Positions 28,076 through 38,257 of a DNA stretch of 64,000 nt are shown in pieces; position 1 is the stretch's first letter; each line of letters begins with the position of its first letter. The stretch is from Halobacteriaceae archaeon (GTDB lineage Archaea > Halobacteriota > Halobacteria > Halobacteriales > Halobacteriaceae): assembly GCA_042216675.1 (NCBI GenBank), contig JBDGTS010000018.1:1-64000 (forward strand). The letters are read 5' to 3'. The notes beneath the pieces are model-generated. The model searched no databases and was not told where the DNA came from. It worked only from the letters and a program-made list of their open reading frames with translations. A program made the position numbers and the translations under genes.

Positions 28076-29410
28076 TCAGTCGAGCGGGAAACAGGCGATT
28101 GCCGGCGCGTCGCCGTTGGCGCCGGTGTTGTTCCGGTCGGCGTACAGGAAGTCCGAACCGACGGCGACGGGGCGCCACGCCGTACTGGACCGCCACGCGA
28201 CGGCCCCCTCCGCGGTGCGCGCCTGCACGCCGCTCTCGCGTTCGACGAGTGCGCGTCCGCCGGCGCCGACGACGGCTCCCACGTCGTCATCGACGGTCCA
28301 GCGAATCGCTCCCGTGTCGGGAGCGACGCCGCGGAGGCGGGTGGTCCCGCCGATGATGCCGGGCGTAGTGTCGCTCGTCGTGACGTACAACAGGTCGTCG
28401 GTGACGACCGGTTCGCCGATGACCCCGCGCATCTGTTCGTCGTCCGCGCCCGTCTGGGTCAGGACGAGATGCCACGCTCGCTCGCCGGTCTCGGCGCAGT
28501 ACGCCGCCACCCCCTCGAAGTGGCCCATCAGCACGTGGCCCCGCGCGGCGTCCACGACGGGCCGCGTCGAGTCTCCGGGCGCGTCCGATTCCCAGTCGAG
28601 CGTTCCGTCGCCCACGTTCACGGCGGCGAGACGCTCCCGGCCGCTGTTGACGAACAGGCGGTCGTCCGCGACGGTCGGGGCGTCGTGGAGGACATCGCCC
28701 GTCGGGAACCACCACAGGCGGTCACCGGTCGTGGCGTCGAGGGCGTGGACGCCAGCGGCGCCGTAAGTTGTGACGCGCACGAAGACGCGGCCGCCGGCCG
28801 CGACGACGGGGCCACTGAGGTGCCGGTCGAAGTCCTCGCGCCACCGCACGTCGCCGCTCGCCGGGTCGAGCGCGAATACTACACCCTGCCCGGGTCCGGT
28901 GTTGCTCTCGTCCTGCCCGGACGCGACGTAGAGCGTCTCGCGGTCCGCGCCGTCGGGTGCGAGCGTCGGCGGCCAGACGCCCCGATGCGGGAGCGAGTGA
29001 GTCCAGCGCCGCGTGCCGTCCGCGAGTGCGCGGGCCTCGACGCGCGTCTCGGCGGGCGACGCCCGGTAGTCCGCGACGCTCACGTAGAGGCGGTCGGTGC
29101 CGATGGCGGCGTCCGTCGGGAACGTCGAGGGCGGATACCCGTGCGTCCACGCGGCGTCGCCCGGCGGCGTCGTGACGTCGACGGCGGGGTTGTGGCCCGT
29201 CGCGCCGGCGTCGTGACCGGCGGCGGGCCACGTCGCGGCGCCGGCGGCCGCCGGTTCGGAAACCGGGGCCGCACAGGTCGCGCCAGCCGTCGCGTAGGGC
29301 GCGTCGCGGTCGAACAGGCCCGAAAACAGGCCCAACAGCGATGCGGTGCCGACGGCGCCGCCGGCCGCGAGGAGGGCCCGGCGCGTCGGCGTCTCGGAGA
29401 GCGGCGACAC
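28076..29410 (-). CDS. Tat-exported PQQ-like beta-propeller protein
   Basis: TRRALLA Tat motif; repeated ALD..TG...W blades. Confidence 0.85.
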   Translation of the reverse strand: MSPLSETPTRRALLAAGGAVGTASLLGLFSGLFDRDAPYATAGATCAAPVSEPAAAGAATWPAAGHDAGATGHNPAVDVTTPPGDAAWTHGYPPSTFPTDAAIGTDRLYVSVADYRASPAETRVEARALADGTRRWTHSLPHRGVWPPTLAPDGADRETLYVASGQDESNTGPGQGVVFALDPASGDVRWREDFDRHLSGPVVAAGGRVFVRVTTYGAAGVHALDATTGDRLWWFPTGDVLHDAPTVADDRLFVNSGRERLAAVNVGDGTLDWESDAPGDSTRPVVDAARGHVLMGHFEGVAAYCAETGERAWHLVLTQTGADDEQMRGVIGEPVVTDDLLYVTTSDTTPGIIGGTTRLRGVAPDTGAIRWTVDDDVGAVVGAGGRALVERESGVQARTAEGAVAWRSSTAWRPVAVGSDFLYADRNNTGANGDAPAIACFPLD

Positions 29411-29449
29411 GGAAGAACAGTTGGCTCGGCGACAGAAGTGCCTTGCGGG

Positions 29450-30301
29450 CTACACGTCCGCGGGACCGTCCTCGGTCACCACCTCGTCCACGAGGCGGAC
29501 CGGCGTGGCGTCGTAGGCGGGGTTCTCCACGTCGAAGCCCTCCGGCGGTTCGCGGATGACCTCGCTGGTCGCCCGGAAGTCGTTCTCGAAGCGGAAGCCC
29601 GATTCGACGATTTTCGTGCTCGCGCCCGTGACGGTCAGCGGTACGTCCGCGTCCGCCGCGGTGGCGGCGAGGGGGTACGTGCCGACGCGGTTGTACAGGG
29701 CGTCCTCGACGATGCAGTCCATCCCGAGGAGGACGCGGTCACAGTCGTCGAGGACGTGGCCGGCGGCGCTGTCGACGACGAGCGTCACGTCCACGGCGTC
29801 GATGTCCGCGAGCGTGCGGGCCGACTTCCGCCCGAGCATCAGCGGGCGGGACTCCGTGGTGTACACCGAGAGCGAGGCCCCGTCGTCGGCGGCCTGCTGA
29901 ATCGCGCTGGTCACCGTCGTCGAGTAGTCGTGGGTGAGGACGGTGTCGCCGTCCGAGAGGTCGGCGGCGACGTTCGCGGCCGCCTCGCGGGCCGCCGTCT
30001 CCACGCGGTCGATGACCCGGTCGATGACGTCGCGGGTCACCTCCTTCGCCGCGGCGACGGTGTCGGCGTCGGCGTCTTCCACGGTAGACTGAATCTCGCG
30101 CTGGGTCGTCACCAGCGACGCGTGGGACGGGTTCGCCCTGATGAGCGCCTGACTGTTGCGTTCGAGGCTCCGGACGTACTCCTCGACGGAGGCGTACTCG
30201 CGGTCGAGGAGGTCCCGGAGCGCCCGGGCGGCCTTCGTCGCCACGACCGACGAACTGTGGGTCCGCATCTCCCGAATCTCCGCCGCGGTCTCGTCGATCA
30301 T
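29450..30301 (-). CDS. eIF-2B alpha/beta/delta family protein (R15P-isomerase-like)
   Basis: VLTHDYSTTV, ESRP...G, NRVGT, NPAYDATP. Confidence 0.9.
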   Translation of the reverse strand: MIDETAAEIREMRTHSSSVVATKAARALRDLLDREYASVEEYVRSLERNSQALIRANPSHASLVTTQREIQSTVEDADADTVAAAKEVTRDVIDRVIDRVETAAREAAANVAADLSDGDTVLTHDYSTTVTSAIQQAADDGASLSVYTTESRPLMLGRKSARTLADIDAVDVTLVVDSAAGHVLDDCDRVLLGMDCIVEDALYNRVGTYPLAATAADADVPLTVTGASTKIVESGFRFENDFRATSEVIREPPEGFDVENPAYDATPVRLVDEVVTEDGPADV

Positions 30302-30386
30302 AGTTCAGTGGACCGGTGTCCGGCACATATGTCTTCTCCCCGCTGGACCACGAGACGCTTATCCGGGTGGCCGCGTAGGGCCGCAC

Positions 30387-30611
30387 ATGGACGAGGAAAT
30401 CCTCGACGAACAGCAGGCGCTCGTGGCCGCACTCGCCGAGGCCGGCTGGGAAGTCACCGAGGCCGAGGTGTCGGTGTATCAGAGTCCGTGGGAGGAGGAC
30501 ACACCCGAGGCGACAGTGACGCTCACCGCGAGCAAGGCGTTTCCGGACGCGGACGTCGACAGGCGAGGGCCGGGCGACGATGACGACGACAACCCCTACC
30601 GGGTCCGCTAG
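30387..30611 (+). CDS. Small acidic hypothetical protein
   Basis: MDEEILDEQQ... 74-aa ORF with haloarchaeal composition. Confidence 0.6.
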   Translation: MDEEILDEQQALVAALAEAGWEVTEAEVSVYQSPWEEDTPEATVTLTASKAFPDADVDRRGPGDDDDDNPYRVR

Positions 30612-31876
30612 TCGAAGCGGGCGTCGACGCTTTGCTCGTGGGCTTCGAGGCCCTCCGCGTCGGCGAGCGTCGTCACCGCCTCGCGCAGGGCACCGAGGGC
30701 GTCCGCGTCGAGACGCTGGACTGTCTGCGCGCGGAGGAACGTGTCCACCGAGACGCCACCGGTGACGCTCGCGCTTCCGGAGGTGGGCAGGACGTGGTTC
30801 GTGCCGGTGGCGTAGTCGCCCGCCGCGACGGGCGTCTGCGGACCGAGGAACACGCTCCCGGCGTTCGAGATGCGGTCGAGCAGGGCCTCGTCGTCGGCGG
30901 CCTGAATCGAGAGGTGTTCGGCGGCGTAGCGGTCCGCGAATTCGACGGCCTCCGCGGCGTCCATCGCGTAAAACACGCCGCTCGCGTCGTTGTCGAGGGC
31001 CGCACGAATCACGTCCTCGCGGGCGCGGTCACCGACCTGTGACTCGATGGCGTCGGTGACTGCCGCGGCGGTGTCGCGGTCCGTCGCCACGGCGACGACG
31101 CTCGCGTTCGGGTCGTGTTCGGCCTGCGCGAGGACGTCCGCGGCCACGAGGGCCGGGTCCGCCGTCTCGTCGGCGAGGACGAGAATCTCGGAGGGGCCGG
31201 CGAGGAAGTCGATGTCCACGTCGCCGCGCACGACGGCCTTCGCGGCGGTGACCCAGCGGTTGCCCGGCCCGACGACTTTCTGGACCGGGTCCACCGTCTC
31301 CGTCCCGTAGGCGAGGGCCGCGACGCCCTGCGCGCCGCCAACGGCGTACACGTCGTCGGCGCCCGCCACGTCGATGGCCGCGAGCGTCGCGGGGTTCATC
31401 TCCTCGGCGGGCGGCGTGACGACGGCCACCTCCTCGACGCCCGCGACGGTGGCGGGCACGACGGTCATCAGGGCGCTAGAGGGGTAGGCCGCGGTGCCGC
31501 CGGGGACGTAGGCGCCGACGCGGTCCAGCGGTCGGAAGCGTCGCCCGAGTTCGCGGCCGTCGAAGTCCGCGCGCCAGTCCTCTGGGAGTTGCGCCTCGTG
31601 GAACGTCCGGATGTTCTCGGCGGCCGTCTCGATGGCCGCCAGTACCTCTTCGTCGACGGCGTCGCGGGCCGCGGCAGCCCGGTCTGACACGTCGATTTCC
31701 TCGACGGCAACGTCGTCGAACTCGCGTGCGAAGTCGCGGAGGGCGTCGTCGCCGTCAGCGCGAACGGTGGCGACGATGTCCGCGACGGACTCGCGGACCT
31801 CGCTCACACCGGCGTCCCTGTCGAAGAGGGCGCGTCGGCGCGCGGCGTCGAGGTCCGCGAGAGCGGTGGGAGTCAT
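30608..31876 (-). CDS. hisD: Histidinol dehydrogenase
   Basis: YVPGG, GPGN, AGPSE, QAEHD, AAEHL, GDY..GTNHVLPT. Confidence 0.97.
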   Translation of the reverse strand: MTPTALADLDAARRRALFDRDAGVSEVRESVADIVATVRADGDDALRDFAREFDDVAVEEIDVSDRAAAARDAVDEEVLAAIETAAENIRTFHEAQLPEDWRADFDGRELGRRFRPLDRVGAYVPGGTAAYPSSALMTVVPATVAGVEEVAVVTPPAEEMNPATLAAIDVAGADDVYAVGGAQGVAALAYGTETVDPVQKVVGPGNRWVTAAKAVVRGDVDIDFLAGPSEILVLADETADPALVAADVLAQAEHDPNASVVAVATDRDTAAAVTDAIESQVGDRAREDVIRAALDNDASGVFYAMDAAEAVEFADRYAAEHLSIQAADDEALLDRISNAGSVFLGPQTPVAAGDYATGTNHVLPTSGSASVTGGVSVDTFLRAQTVQRLDADALGALREAVTTLADAEGLEAHEQSVDARFD

Positions 31877-31924
31877 GCGCCCCGATAGGGGCGGTCAGCG
31901 AAAAACGGTTTCGACGCGGGGGCC

Positions 31925-32296
31925 TCAGCCCTCGATGGGGATTTCGGTGCCGCGGGCCGTCGCCTCAGTTTGCACCGGCAACCGGACTTCGAGGATGCCG
32001 TTCCTGTACGACGCCGAGAGGTCCTCCTCGCGGACGGCCTTCGGGAAACGGAACCGCCGGTGGTAGGTGCGCTGTCGGTTCCGCTCCTCGTCGACGCGCT
32101 CGGCGGCGATGTTCAGCACGCCGTCGTCCCACGTGACCTCGATGTCGTCGCGGTCGAAGCCCGGCATCTCGACGCTGAGGACGAACTCCTCGTCCTCCTC
32201 GTACAGTTCGTAGTCTGTGCTGCCGGCTTCGAACAGGCGGTTCGGAAGGTCGAACCCTTCGAACCACGAGTCAGCGGGACTCGGACGGAGCGCCAT
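31925..32296 (-). CDS. Hsp20/alpha-crystallin small heat-shock protein
   Basis: EMPGFDRDDIEV...RRFRFP...ASYRNGILEVRLP. Confidence 0.92.
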   Translation of the reverse strand: MALRPSPADSWFEGFDLPNRLFEAGSTDYELYEEDEEFVLSVEMPGFDRDDIEVTWDDGVLNIAAERVDEERNRQRTYHRRFRFPKAVREEDLSASYRNGILEVRLPVQTEATARGTEIPIEG

Positions 32297-32348
32297 GGCT
32301 GGTCACCTTGGTTCCATCGACAACTATGTCGGCGGTTCGTCATAAATT

Positions 32349-33026
32349 TTACGCCGGCGTGGCGTGCGTCGCCGTCGCCTTGAACGAGACGACGACGGCG
32401 CGCCCGGGGGCCAGCGACAGGCGCGCCCGGCTCTCGGCGGTCACGAGCGCCGTCACCGGGTGACCCGCGGCGTCGACGGTGACCCGGCAGACGGACTCGC
32501 CGGCGTCGACGGACGTGACGGCGCCCTCGAAGCGATTGCGAGCGCTCGTGCCCGCGCCCGAGGGCACCTCGTCCGGGTCGTGGAGCGTCACCGCGTCGGC
32601 CCGGAGCGTGACGCGCACGTCGTCCTCCTCCGGCGGCACGAGAGCGCGGACGGCCCCGAGCGCCGTCTCGACGGTTCCGAGTTCGCCCTCGCGGTCAGTC
32701 ACTGTCCCGTCGAGCACCGTCTCGGGCACCGTCGTCACGGCGTCGACGGTGCGCTGGAGGCGGTCGAAGCGGTCGAGGAGCGCCCGACCCGCGTCGGTGA
32801 GCGTGCTCCCACCGCCGCCGGAGCCCCCGCGCTGACGCTCCACGAGAGGGCCGAAGGCGGCTTCGAGGTCCGCGACGCGGGCGTGAGAGCGCGAGTAGGA
32901 GCGACCGAGGCTGTCGGCGGCCCGGTTGAGCGACCCCGTCTCCGCGATGGCCGCCAGCAGCGCGGCGTCCCCGGCGTCGAACACGACGCCGTCGGCCCGG
33001 AGCTGCGCCTCGAAGTCCGTGTCCAT
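32349..33026 (-). CDS. modE: ModE-like regulator (wHTH + TOBE/Mop domains)
   Basis: GSLNRAA..LGRSY, RGGSGGGG, SARN.F.G.V, SFKA; divergent from wtpA. Confidence 0.85.
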   Translation of the reverse strand: MDTDFEAQLRADGVVFDAGDAALLAAIAETGSLNRAADSLGRSYSRSHARVADLEAAFGPLVERQRGGSGGGGSTLTDAGRALLDRFDRLQRTVDAVTTVPETVLDGTVTDREGELGTVETALGAVRALVPPEEDDVRVTLRADAVTLHDPDEVPSGAGTSARNRFEGAVTSVDAGESVCRVTVDAAGHPVTALVTAESRARLSLAPGRAVVVSFKATATHATPA

Positions 33027-33089
33027 GCGTGTGGCTTGCTATCGTCGGGCAAAAGATTATGGCATCCCCCGACGAGAACCGTTGTGTCC

Positions 33090-34103
33090 ATGTCGAAACA
33101 ACGGTCCCGGCGCGCGTTCCTGTCGGCCCTCGGCGCGGGCGCGACGGCCGGACTGGCCGGCTGTACAGGCGTGTTCGGAAGCGGCGGTGGCGGCGGTTCG
33201 GAGGCCACCGTCCTCCACGCGGGAAGCCTCGCGGCCCCGTGGGAGGAGATGGAGGCGGCCTTCGAGGAGAGCCACGACGCCACGGTGAACCGGGAGGCAA
33301 AGGGGTCCGTCGACTCCACCCGGAAAATCACGGAGGAGCCACACCGCGCCGCGGAGGCGCTCGGCGTCTCGGATTTCAGGCTCATCCGGGACATGGTGCT
33401 CCCCGACTACGGCAGTTGGTACGCCATCTTCGCGACGAACGCGATGACCGTCGCGTACACCGACCAGTCGAAGTACGCCGACGAGTTCGGGACGGACACG
33501 TGGTACGACGTGCTGTCCCGCGACGACGTGAACGTCGCGCACTCGGACCCGGCGGCCGACCCGAACGGCTACCGCTCGGTGATGTCGATGCGACTCGGCG
33601 CCGAGACGTTCGAGGGGTCGCGCCTGTACGACGAGGCCACCGCGCAGGCGATGGAGGACAACGCCGTCGTCGGCACCGGCACGGAGTCCGCGCTCATCGG
33701 CCAACTGCAGTCGGGCGAACTCGACTACGCGTGGGAGTACCAGTCCGCCGGCGCGAGCCACGACGTGCAGGTGGTGGACCTCCAACCGGAGGTGGACCTC
33801 TCGAAGGCCACCTCGGCCTACGCCGAGCACTACGCGAAGGTGACTGTCGAGGCGGGCGGCAACAGTTACACCGGCGCGCCCATCGCCTACGGCATCACCG
33901 TCCCGAACACCGCCGAGAACCCGGACCTCGGCGCAGAGTGGGTGAACTTCGTCACCGGCGAGGAGGGCCGGTCGATCATGCGCGACAACGGCTTCGAACC
34001 GGTATCGCCCGCCATGGCGCCCCAGTCCGGGTGGAGCGACGTGCCCGAGTCGGTGAAACAACACGCGACTGCACAGTCCGCGCTCGGGCCGCTGACCCTG
34101 TAA
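33090..34103 (+). CDS. wtpA: Tungstate/molybdate ABC transporter substrate-binding lipoprotein
   Basis: Tat RRAFL plus lipobox LAGC; HAGSL, GSV, SDP..DPNGYR, YAWEYQS, PIAYGIT (WtpA-type). Confidence 0.9.
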   Translation: MSKQRSRRAFLSALGAGATAGLAGCTGVFGSGGGGGSEATVLHAGSLAAPWEEMEAAFEESHDATVNREAKGSVDSTRKITEEPHRAAEALGVSDFRLIRDMVLPDYGSWYAIFATNAMTVAYTDQSKYADEFGTDTWYDVLSRDDVNVAHSDPAADPNGYRSVMSMRLGAETFEGSRLYDEATAQAMEDNAVVGTGTESALIGQLQSGELDYAWEYQSAGASHDVQVVDLQPEVDLSKATSAYAEHYAKVTVEAGGNSYTGAPIAYGITVPNTAENPDLGAEWVNFVTGEEGRSIMRDNGFEPVSPAMAPQSGWSDVPESVKQHATAQSALGPLTL

Positions 34104-34106
34104 GCC

Positions 34107-35069
34107 GTGTTCGGACTCGGACGCGTCGGCCGGTTCGACGCCGCTGTGGCCGTCGCTCTCGTGCAGGTCCTCGCCTTCGCCGCCGCGTACGTCGCGGACG
34201 TACCGACGGCCTACGCGGTGTTCGCGCTGGTGAGCGCCGTCGCCGTCGCGGCGGGGAGCGGCCGGGGCGCCTTCGAGACGGTGCTGGCCGCCTTCGGCAC
34301 GGCGCTGTTGCTGGCGCTCGGCCTCCCCCTGTTGATGCTGGCGGCGCGACAGGACCCGGACCTCGTGGCGGAGATGGCGACGCGCCCCGGCGTCCAGCAG
34401 GCGCTCTACCTCTCGATTTACGGCCCCCTGCTCGCGGCGCTGGCGGCGACGGTGACTGGGGTCCCCCTCGCGTATCTGCTCTCGCGTGGCTTCCCCGGAC
34501 AGGCCGCCGTCGCCAGCCTCGTGGACCTGCCGCTGGTGGTGCCCCACAGCGTCGTCGGCATCATGGTGCTGTTCGCCTTCGGGTCGGGCGGCGCGTTCCC
34601 CGGCGTCGACGTCTTCCTGACGATGGCGGGGCTGGTGCTGGCGATGGCGTTCGTCAGCGCGCCCTACGTCGTCAACGCGGCGCGCGAGGGCTTCGAGGCG
34701 ACGGACGGCGACCTCGAACGCGCCTCGCGGTCGCTGGGCGCCTCGCAGTTCGAGTCGTTCCGGCGCGTGGAGTGGCCCCTCGCTCGGCGGGCCGTCCTCA
34801 CCGGGGCGCTCCTGTCGTGGGCGCGGGCCGTCTCCGAGTTCGGTGCCGTCGCCGTCATCGCGTACAACGTCGAGTTCTTCTACCCGCTCACCGGGCGGGT
34901 GGTGACCGGCCAGCACGCGCCGGTGTTAATCCACAACACCTTCCTCTCGGAGGGGCTGGCCGAGTCCGGGGCCGTCTCGGCCCTGCTGTTGAGCATCGTC
35001 GCCGTGGTGTTCCTCGTCATCCGCGGCGTGGCTTACGACGACGACGAGAGCGGAGGGTTGCCGCAGTGA
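34107..35069 (+). CDS. wtpB: Tungstate/molybdate ABC transporter permease
   Basis: DLPLVVPHSV.G, ASRSLGAS, WARAVSEFGA. Confidence 0.9.
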   Translation: MFGLGRVGRFDAAVAVALVQVLAFAAAYVADVPTAYAVFALVSAVAVAAGSGRGAFETVLAAFGTALLLALGLPLLMLAARQDPDLVAEMATRPGVQQALYLSIYGPLLAALAATVTGVPLAYLLSRGFPGQAAVASLVDLPLVVPHSVVGIMVLFAFGSGGAFPGVDVFLTMAGLVLAMAFVSAPYVVNAAREGFEATDGDLERASRSLGASQFESFRRVEWPLARRAVLTGALLSWARAVSEFGAVAVIAYNVEFFYPLTGRVVTGQHAPVLIHNTFLSEGLAESGAVSALLLSIVAVVFLVIRGVAYDDDESGGLPQ

Positions 35070-36019
35070 CCCGCATCGACGCCGACGTGCGGGCGACGTT
35101 CCGCGACGGCGACACCGCTTTCGAGGTGGCGATGGACCTCGCCGTGGACGCGGGCGAGACGCTGGTCGTCCTCGGCCCGAGCGGGAGTGGCAAGACGCTC
35201 CTGCTGGAGGCCATCGCGGGCTTCCACCGCCACGAGGGCCACGTCACCGTCGGCGGAGACGACGTGACGGACGCTCCGCCAGAGGATCGCGGACTGGGAC
35301 TGGTGTTCCAGAACTACGCGCTGTTCCCGCACCTGAGCGTCCGCGAGAACGTCGCCTACGGCACGCGCTACCACGACGACAGCGGCGACCCCGACGACCT
35401 GCTGTCGGCGTTCGGCGTCGCGGCCCTCGCCGAGCGGTCGCCGGACACGCTCTCCGGCGGGGAGGCCCAGCGCGTCGCCCTCGCCCGGGCGCTGGCGATT
35501 CGCCCGGAAGCGTTTCTGCTCGACGAACCGCTCTCCTCGCTCGACGTGCCGACGCGGGAGTCACTGCGCGCGGACCTGCTGGACGTGCTGGCCGACGAGA
35601 CGGCTATCTACGTCACTCACGACCGAACGACGGCGCGGATGCTCGCCGACCGGGTGGCCGTCGTCTCCGACGGCGAGGTCCGTCAGGCCGGCCCCGTCGA
35701 CGAGGTGTTCGAGAACCCCGCGACGGCGTTCGTCGCGCGCTTCACCGGCGCGAACTGCATCCCGCGGGACGCGCTTCCGGAGTCGGTGACCGCGGCCCTG
35801 CCGGCGGGCGAAACGGTCGTCATCCGGCCCGAGCACGTCGGCGTCGGCGGCGACGACGCGACGGCGACCCTCGTCCGCTCGACCCGACAGGAACGCGGCT
35901 ATCGCCTCACCCTCGACGTGGACGGCGCGCGCCTCGCCGCCTTCGCCGACGCGCCGCCGGGGGCCGAGACGGTAGGGCTGTCGATTCCCGCCGAACACTG
36001 CGTCGTCCCGGGCGACTAA
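35066..36019 (+). CDS. wtpC: Tungstate/molybdate ABC transporter ATPase
   Basis: GPSGSGKT, FQNYALFPH, LSGGE, LLDEP, VTHD; GTGA overlap with wtpB. Confidence 0.9.
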   Translation: MTRIDADVRATFRDGDTAFEVAMDLAVDAGETLVVLGPSGSGKTLLLEAIAGFHRHEGHVTVGGDDVTDAPPEDRGLGLVFQNYALFPHLSVRENVAYGTRYHDDSGDPDDLLSAFGVAALAERSPDTLSGGEAQRVALARALAIRPEAFLLDEPLSSLDVPTRESLRADLLDVLADETAIYVTHDRTTARMLADRVAVVSDGEVRQAGPVDEVFENPATAFVARFTGANCIPRDALPESVTAALPAGETVVIRPEHVGVGGDDATATLVRSTRQERGYRLTLDVDGARLAAFADAPPGAETVGLSIPAEHCVVPGD

Positions 36020-36043
36020 GGGCGTCGGCGCCGACGCTCGGCT

Positions 36044-36520
36044 ATGAGCGAGGAGTTCAGCCACATCGAGGACGACGCGGCGAACATGGTCGACGTGGGC
36101 GACAAGCCCGCAGTCGAGCGTCGCTCCGTCGCGGCCGGGCGCATCGACCTCCAGCAATCGACCGTCGCGGCCGTCGAGGAGGGCGAGGTGGTGAAGGGCA
36201 ACGTCCTCGCCGTCGCCCGCGTCGCGGCGATTCAGGCCGTCAAGCGCACGTGGGACGACGTGCCGATGTGCCACCAGATTCCCATCACCGACGTGAGCGT
36301 CGACTTCGACACCGTCGCGGACGGCATCGAGGCGGAAGTGGAAGTCGCCTCGAAGGGGCAGACTGGCGTCGAGATGGAGGCGCTCAACGGCGTCACGCGC
36401 GCCCTACTGACGGTGTGGGACATGGTGAAGAGCGCCGAGAAGGACGATGCGGGACAGTACCCCGAGGCCGAGATCCGGGACGTGCGCGTCGTCGAGAAGC
36501 AGAAGGGCGAGTCGGCGTAG
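36044..36520 (+). CDS. moaC: Cyclic pyranopterin monophosphate synthase
   Basis: MVDVGDK, PMCH, TGVEMEAL, WDMVK. Confidence 0.96.
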   Translation: MSEEFSHIEDDAANMVDVGDKPAVERRSVAAGRIDLQQSTVAAVEEGEVVKGNVLAVARVAAIQAVKRTWDDVPMCHQIPITDVSVDFDTVADGIEAEVEVASKGQTGVEMEALNGVTRALLTVWDMVKSAEKDDAGQYPEAEIRDVRVVEKQKGESA

Positions 36521-36552
36521 GAGGTATGGGGCCGGGCACCCCACCGACGCAC

Positions 36553-37392
36553 ATGCAGGTCATCGACGCCGCCGCGACCCGCGACTTCGACCCGGAGTCG
36601 TTCGCGAAGTCGGGCCTCTTCGAGACGGACCGGATGTTCGCCGACGTGTACTGCTTCGAACCCGGACAGGCACAGGAGGTCCACGCCCACGACGACGGCG
36701 ACAAGGTGTACTACGTCCTCGACGGCCACCTGACGGCCGTCGTCGGCGACGAAGAACGGACGCTCGCGCCCGGCGAGGCAGTCGTCGCCGAAGCGGGCGA
36801 GGCACACGGCCTCCGCAACGACGGCGACGAACGGGCGCGAGCGCTGGTGGTCATGGCGTGGGGCGACACCGAGGGGCAAAGCGGCCACAGCCACGACCAC
36901 GCCCATCACCACCACGACGACGCCGAACTCGACTTCGCGGTGCTGACAATCACTTCCTCGCGCGACGAGGCGACGGACGAGAGCGGTCGCATCGCCCGGC
37001 GAGCCATCGAGGACGACGGGCACGACGTGGTGGGCTACGAGACGGTGGCCGACGACGAGGACGCGATTCGCACCGTCGTCAGCGAACACGTCGCCGAGGG
37101 CGCGGACGCCGTGGTGACGACGGGCGGGACGGGGCTGACGCCCGACGACGTGACGGTGGAGGCGGTTCGGCCCCTCCTCGAGAAGGAACTGCCCGGCGTC
37201 GGCGAGCACTTCCGCCGTCTGAGCCACGAGCGAGTCGGCACGGCGGCGATGCTGTCGCGGGCGACGGGCGGCGTCGTCGACGGGAGCGCCGTCTTCTGCC
37301 TGCCGGGGTCGCCCGACGCGGCCGAACTCGGCGTGGAAGAAGTCGTGTTACCGGAAGTCGGACACGTCGCGTCGCTCGCCGGCCGGAACTGA
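36553..37392 (+). CDS. moaB: Cupin-MoaB/Mog fusion (molybdopterin adenylyltransferase) with His-rich linker
   Basis: Cupin (PGQAQEVHAH...YYVLDG...HGLRN), GHSHDHAHHHHDD linker, MoaB motifs TTGGTG...DVT, SRA, LPGS. Confidence 0.88.
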   Translation: MQVIDAAATRDFDPESFAKSGLFETDRMFADVYCFEPGQAQEVHAHDDGDKVYYVLDGHLTAVVGDEERTLAPGEAVVAEAGEAHGLRNDGDERARALVVMAWGDTEGQSGHSHDHAHHHHDDAELDFAVLTITSSRDEATDESGRIARRAIEDDGHDVVGYETVADDEDAIRTVVSEHVAEGADAVVTTGGTGLTPDDVTVEAVRPLLEKELPGVGEHFRRLSHERVGTAAMLSRATGGVVDGSAVFCLPGSPDAAELGVEEVVLPEVGHVASLAGRN

Positions 37393-37435
37393 GCCAGCCC
37401 ACAGCGTTACAAGCGCGCCGCCCCCACCGCCCGGT

Positions 37436-38257
37436 ATGCACACAGTCGGAGTCGTCGGCCCCCCCGAGGAGCGCCGGGCCGCCGTCGAGGCCCTCGTCGC
37501 CCGCCTCGACGGGCGCGGGCGCGTCGGCGTCGTCACCGGACTGGGATGGCCGAGCGAGGGCGTCGGTGCGGACTACCGCACCGCCGGCGCGGCCGTGGCC
37601 TACGGCGTCGAGGAGGGGGGCTGGGTCGCCGCGGGCGAGGACGCGGACCTCGACGACGCCTTGGACCGCCTCGCCGCGGACTGTGACTACGCCGTCGTCG
37701 AGGGGCGCCCCGACGCGGCGCTAGCACAGGTGGCCATCGGCGAGATAGAGCACGCGGGCGAGACGCTGGACCGCGCGGGGAGCGCCGCCGAGATAGACGT
37801 GGAGACCGTCGTCGCAGGCGTCGAGGAGACGGAGCCACGCGAGACGCTCGAATCGCTCGTCCGGACGGCGAAGCGGGACCCGGACTCGGAGTTCGCGGGC
37901 GCCATCGCCACCTTCACCGGGCGCGTCCGGCCGAAGGAGGGGCCCGACGACGACTACACGGAACACCTCGAATTCGAGAAGTACGACGACGTGGCCGAGC
38001 GGAAGATGGCCGCCATCCGTGAGGACATCGAGTCACGCGAAGGCGTCTATCGCGTCGTCCTCCACCACAAGACGGGCGTCGTCGAGGCGGAGACCGACAT
38101 CGTGCACGTCGTCGTCCTCGCGGGCCACCGCCGGGAGGCGTTCGACGCGGTGGAGGACGGCATCGACCGCCTCAAGGAGGAGGTGCCCCTGTTCAAGAAG
38201 GAGGTGACGGTGGCCGAGGAGTTCTGGGCCCACGAGCGCGACGGTCAGTCCGAGTAG
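37436..38257 (+). CDS. moaE: MobB-like/MoaE fusion (molybdopterin synthase large subunit)
   Basis: Degenerate MobB N-terminus (DYAVVEG); [34 protein letters not shown]. Confidence 0.9.
   Translation: MHTVGVVGPPEERRAAVEALVARLDGRGRVGVVTGLGWPSEGVGADYRTAGAAVAYGVEEGGWVAAGEDADLDDALDRLAADCDYAVVEGRPDAALAQVAIGEIEHAGETLDRAGSAAEIDVETVVAGVEETEPRETLESLVRTAKRDPDSEFAGAIATFTGRVRPKEGPDDDYTEHLEFEKYDDVAERKMAAIREDIESREGVYRVVLHHKTGVVEAETDIVHVVVLAGHRREAFDAVEDGIDRLKEEVPLFKKEVTVAEEFWAHERDGQSE

Noticed and set aside
33029-36019. 996-aa ORF as a giant ABC ATPase fusion
   Set aside because: Only the last 317 aa (from GTG 35066) are WtpC; the rest is an off-frame overlap with wtpA and wtpB.
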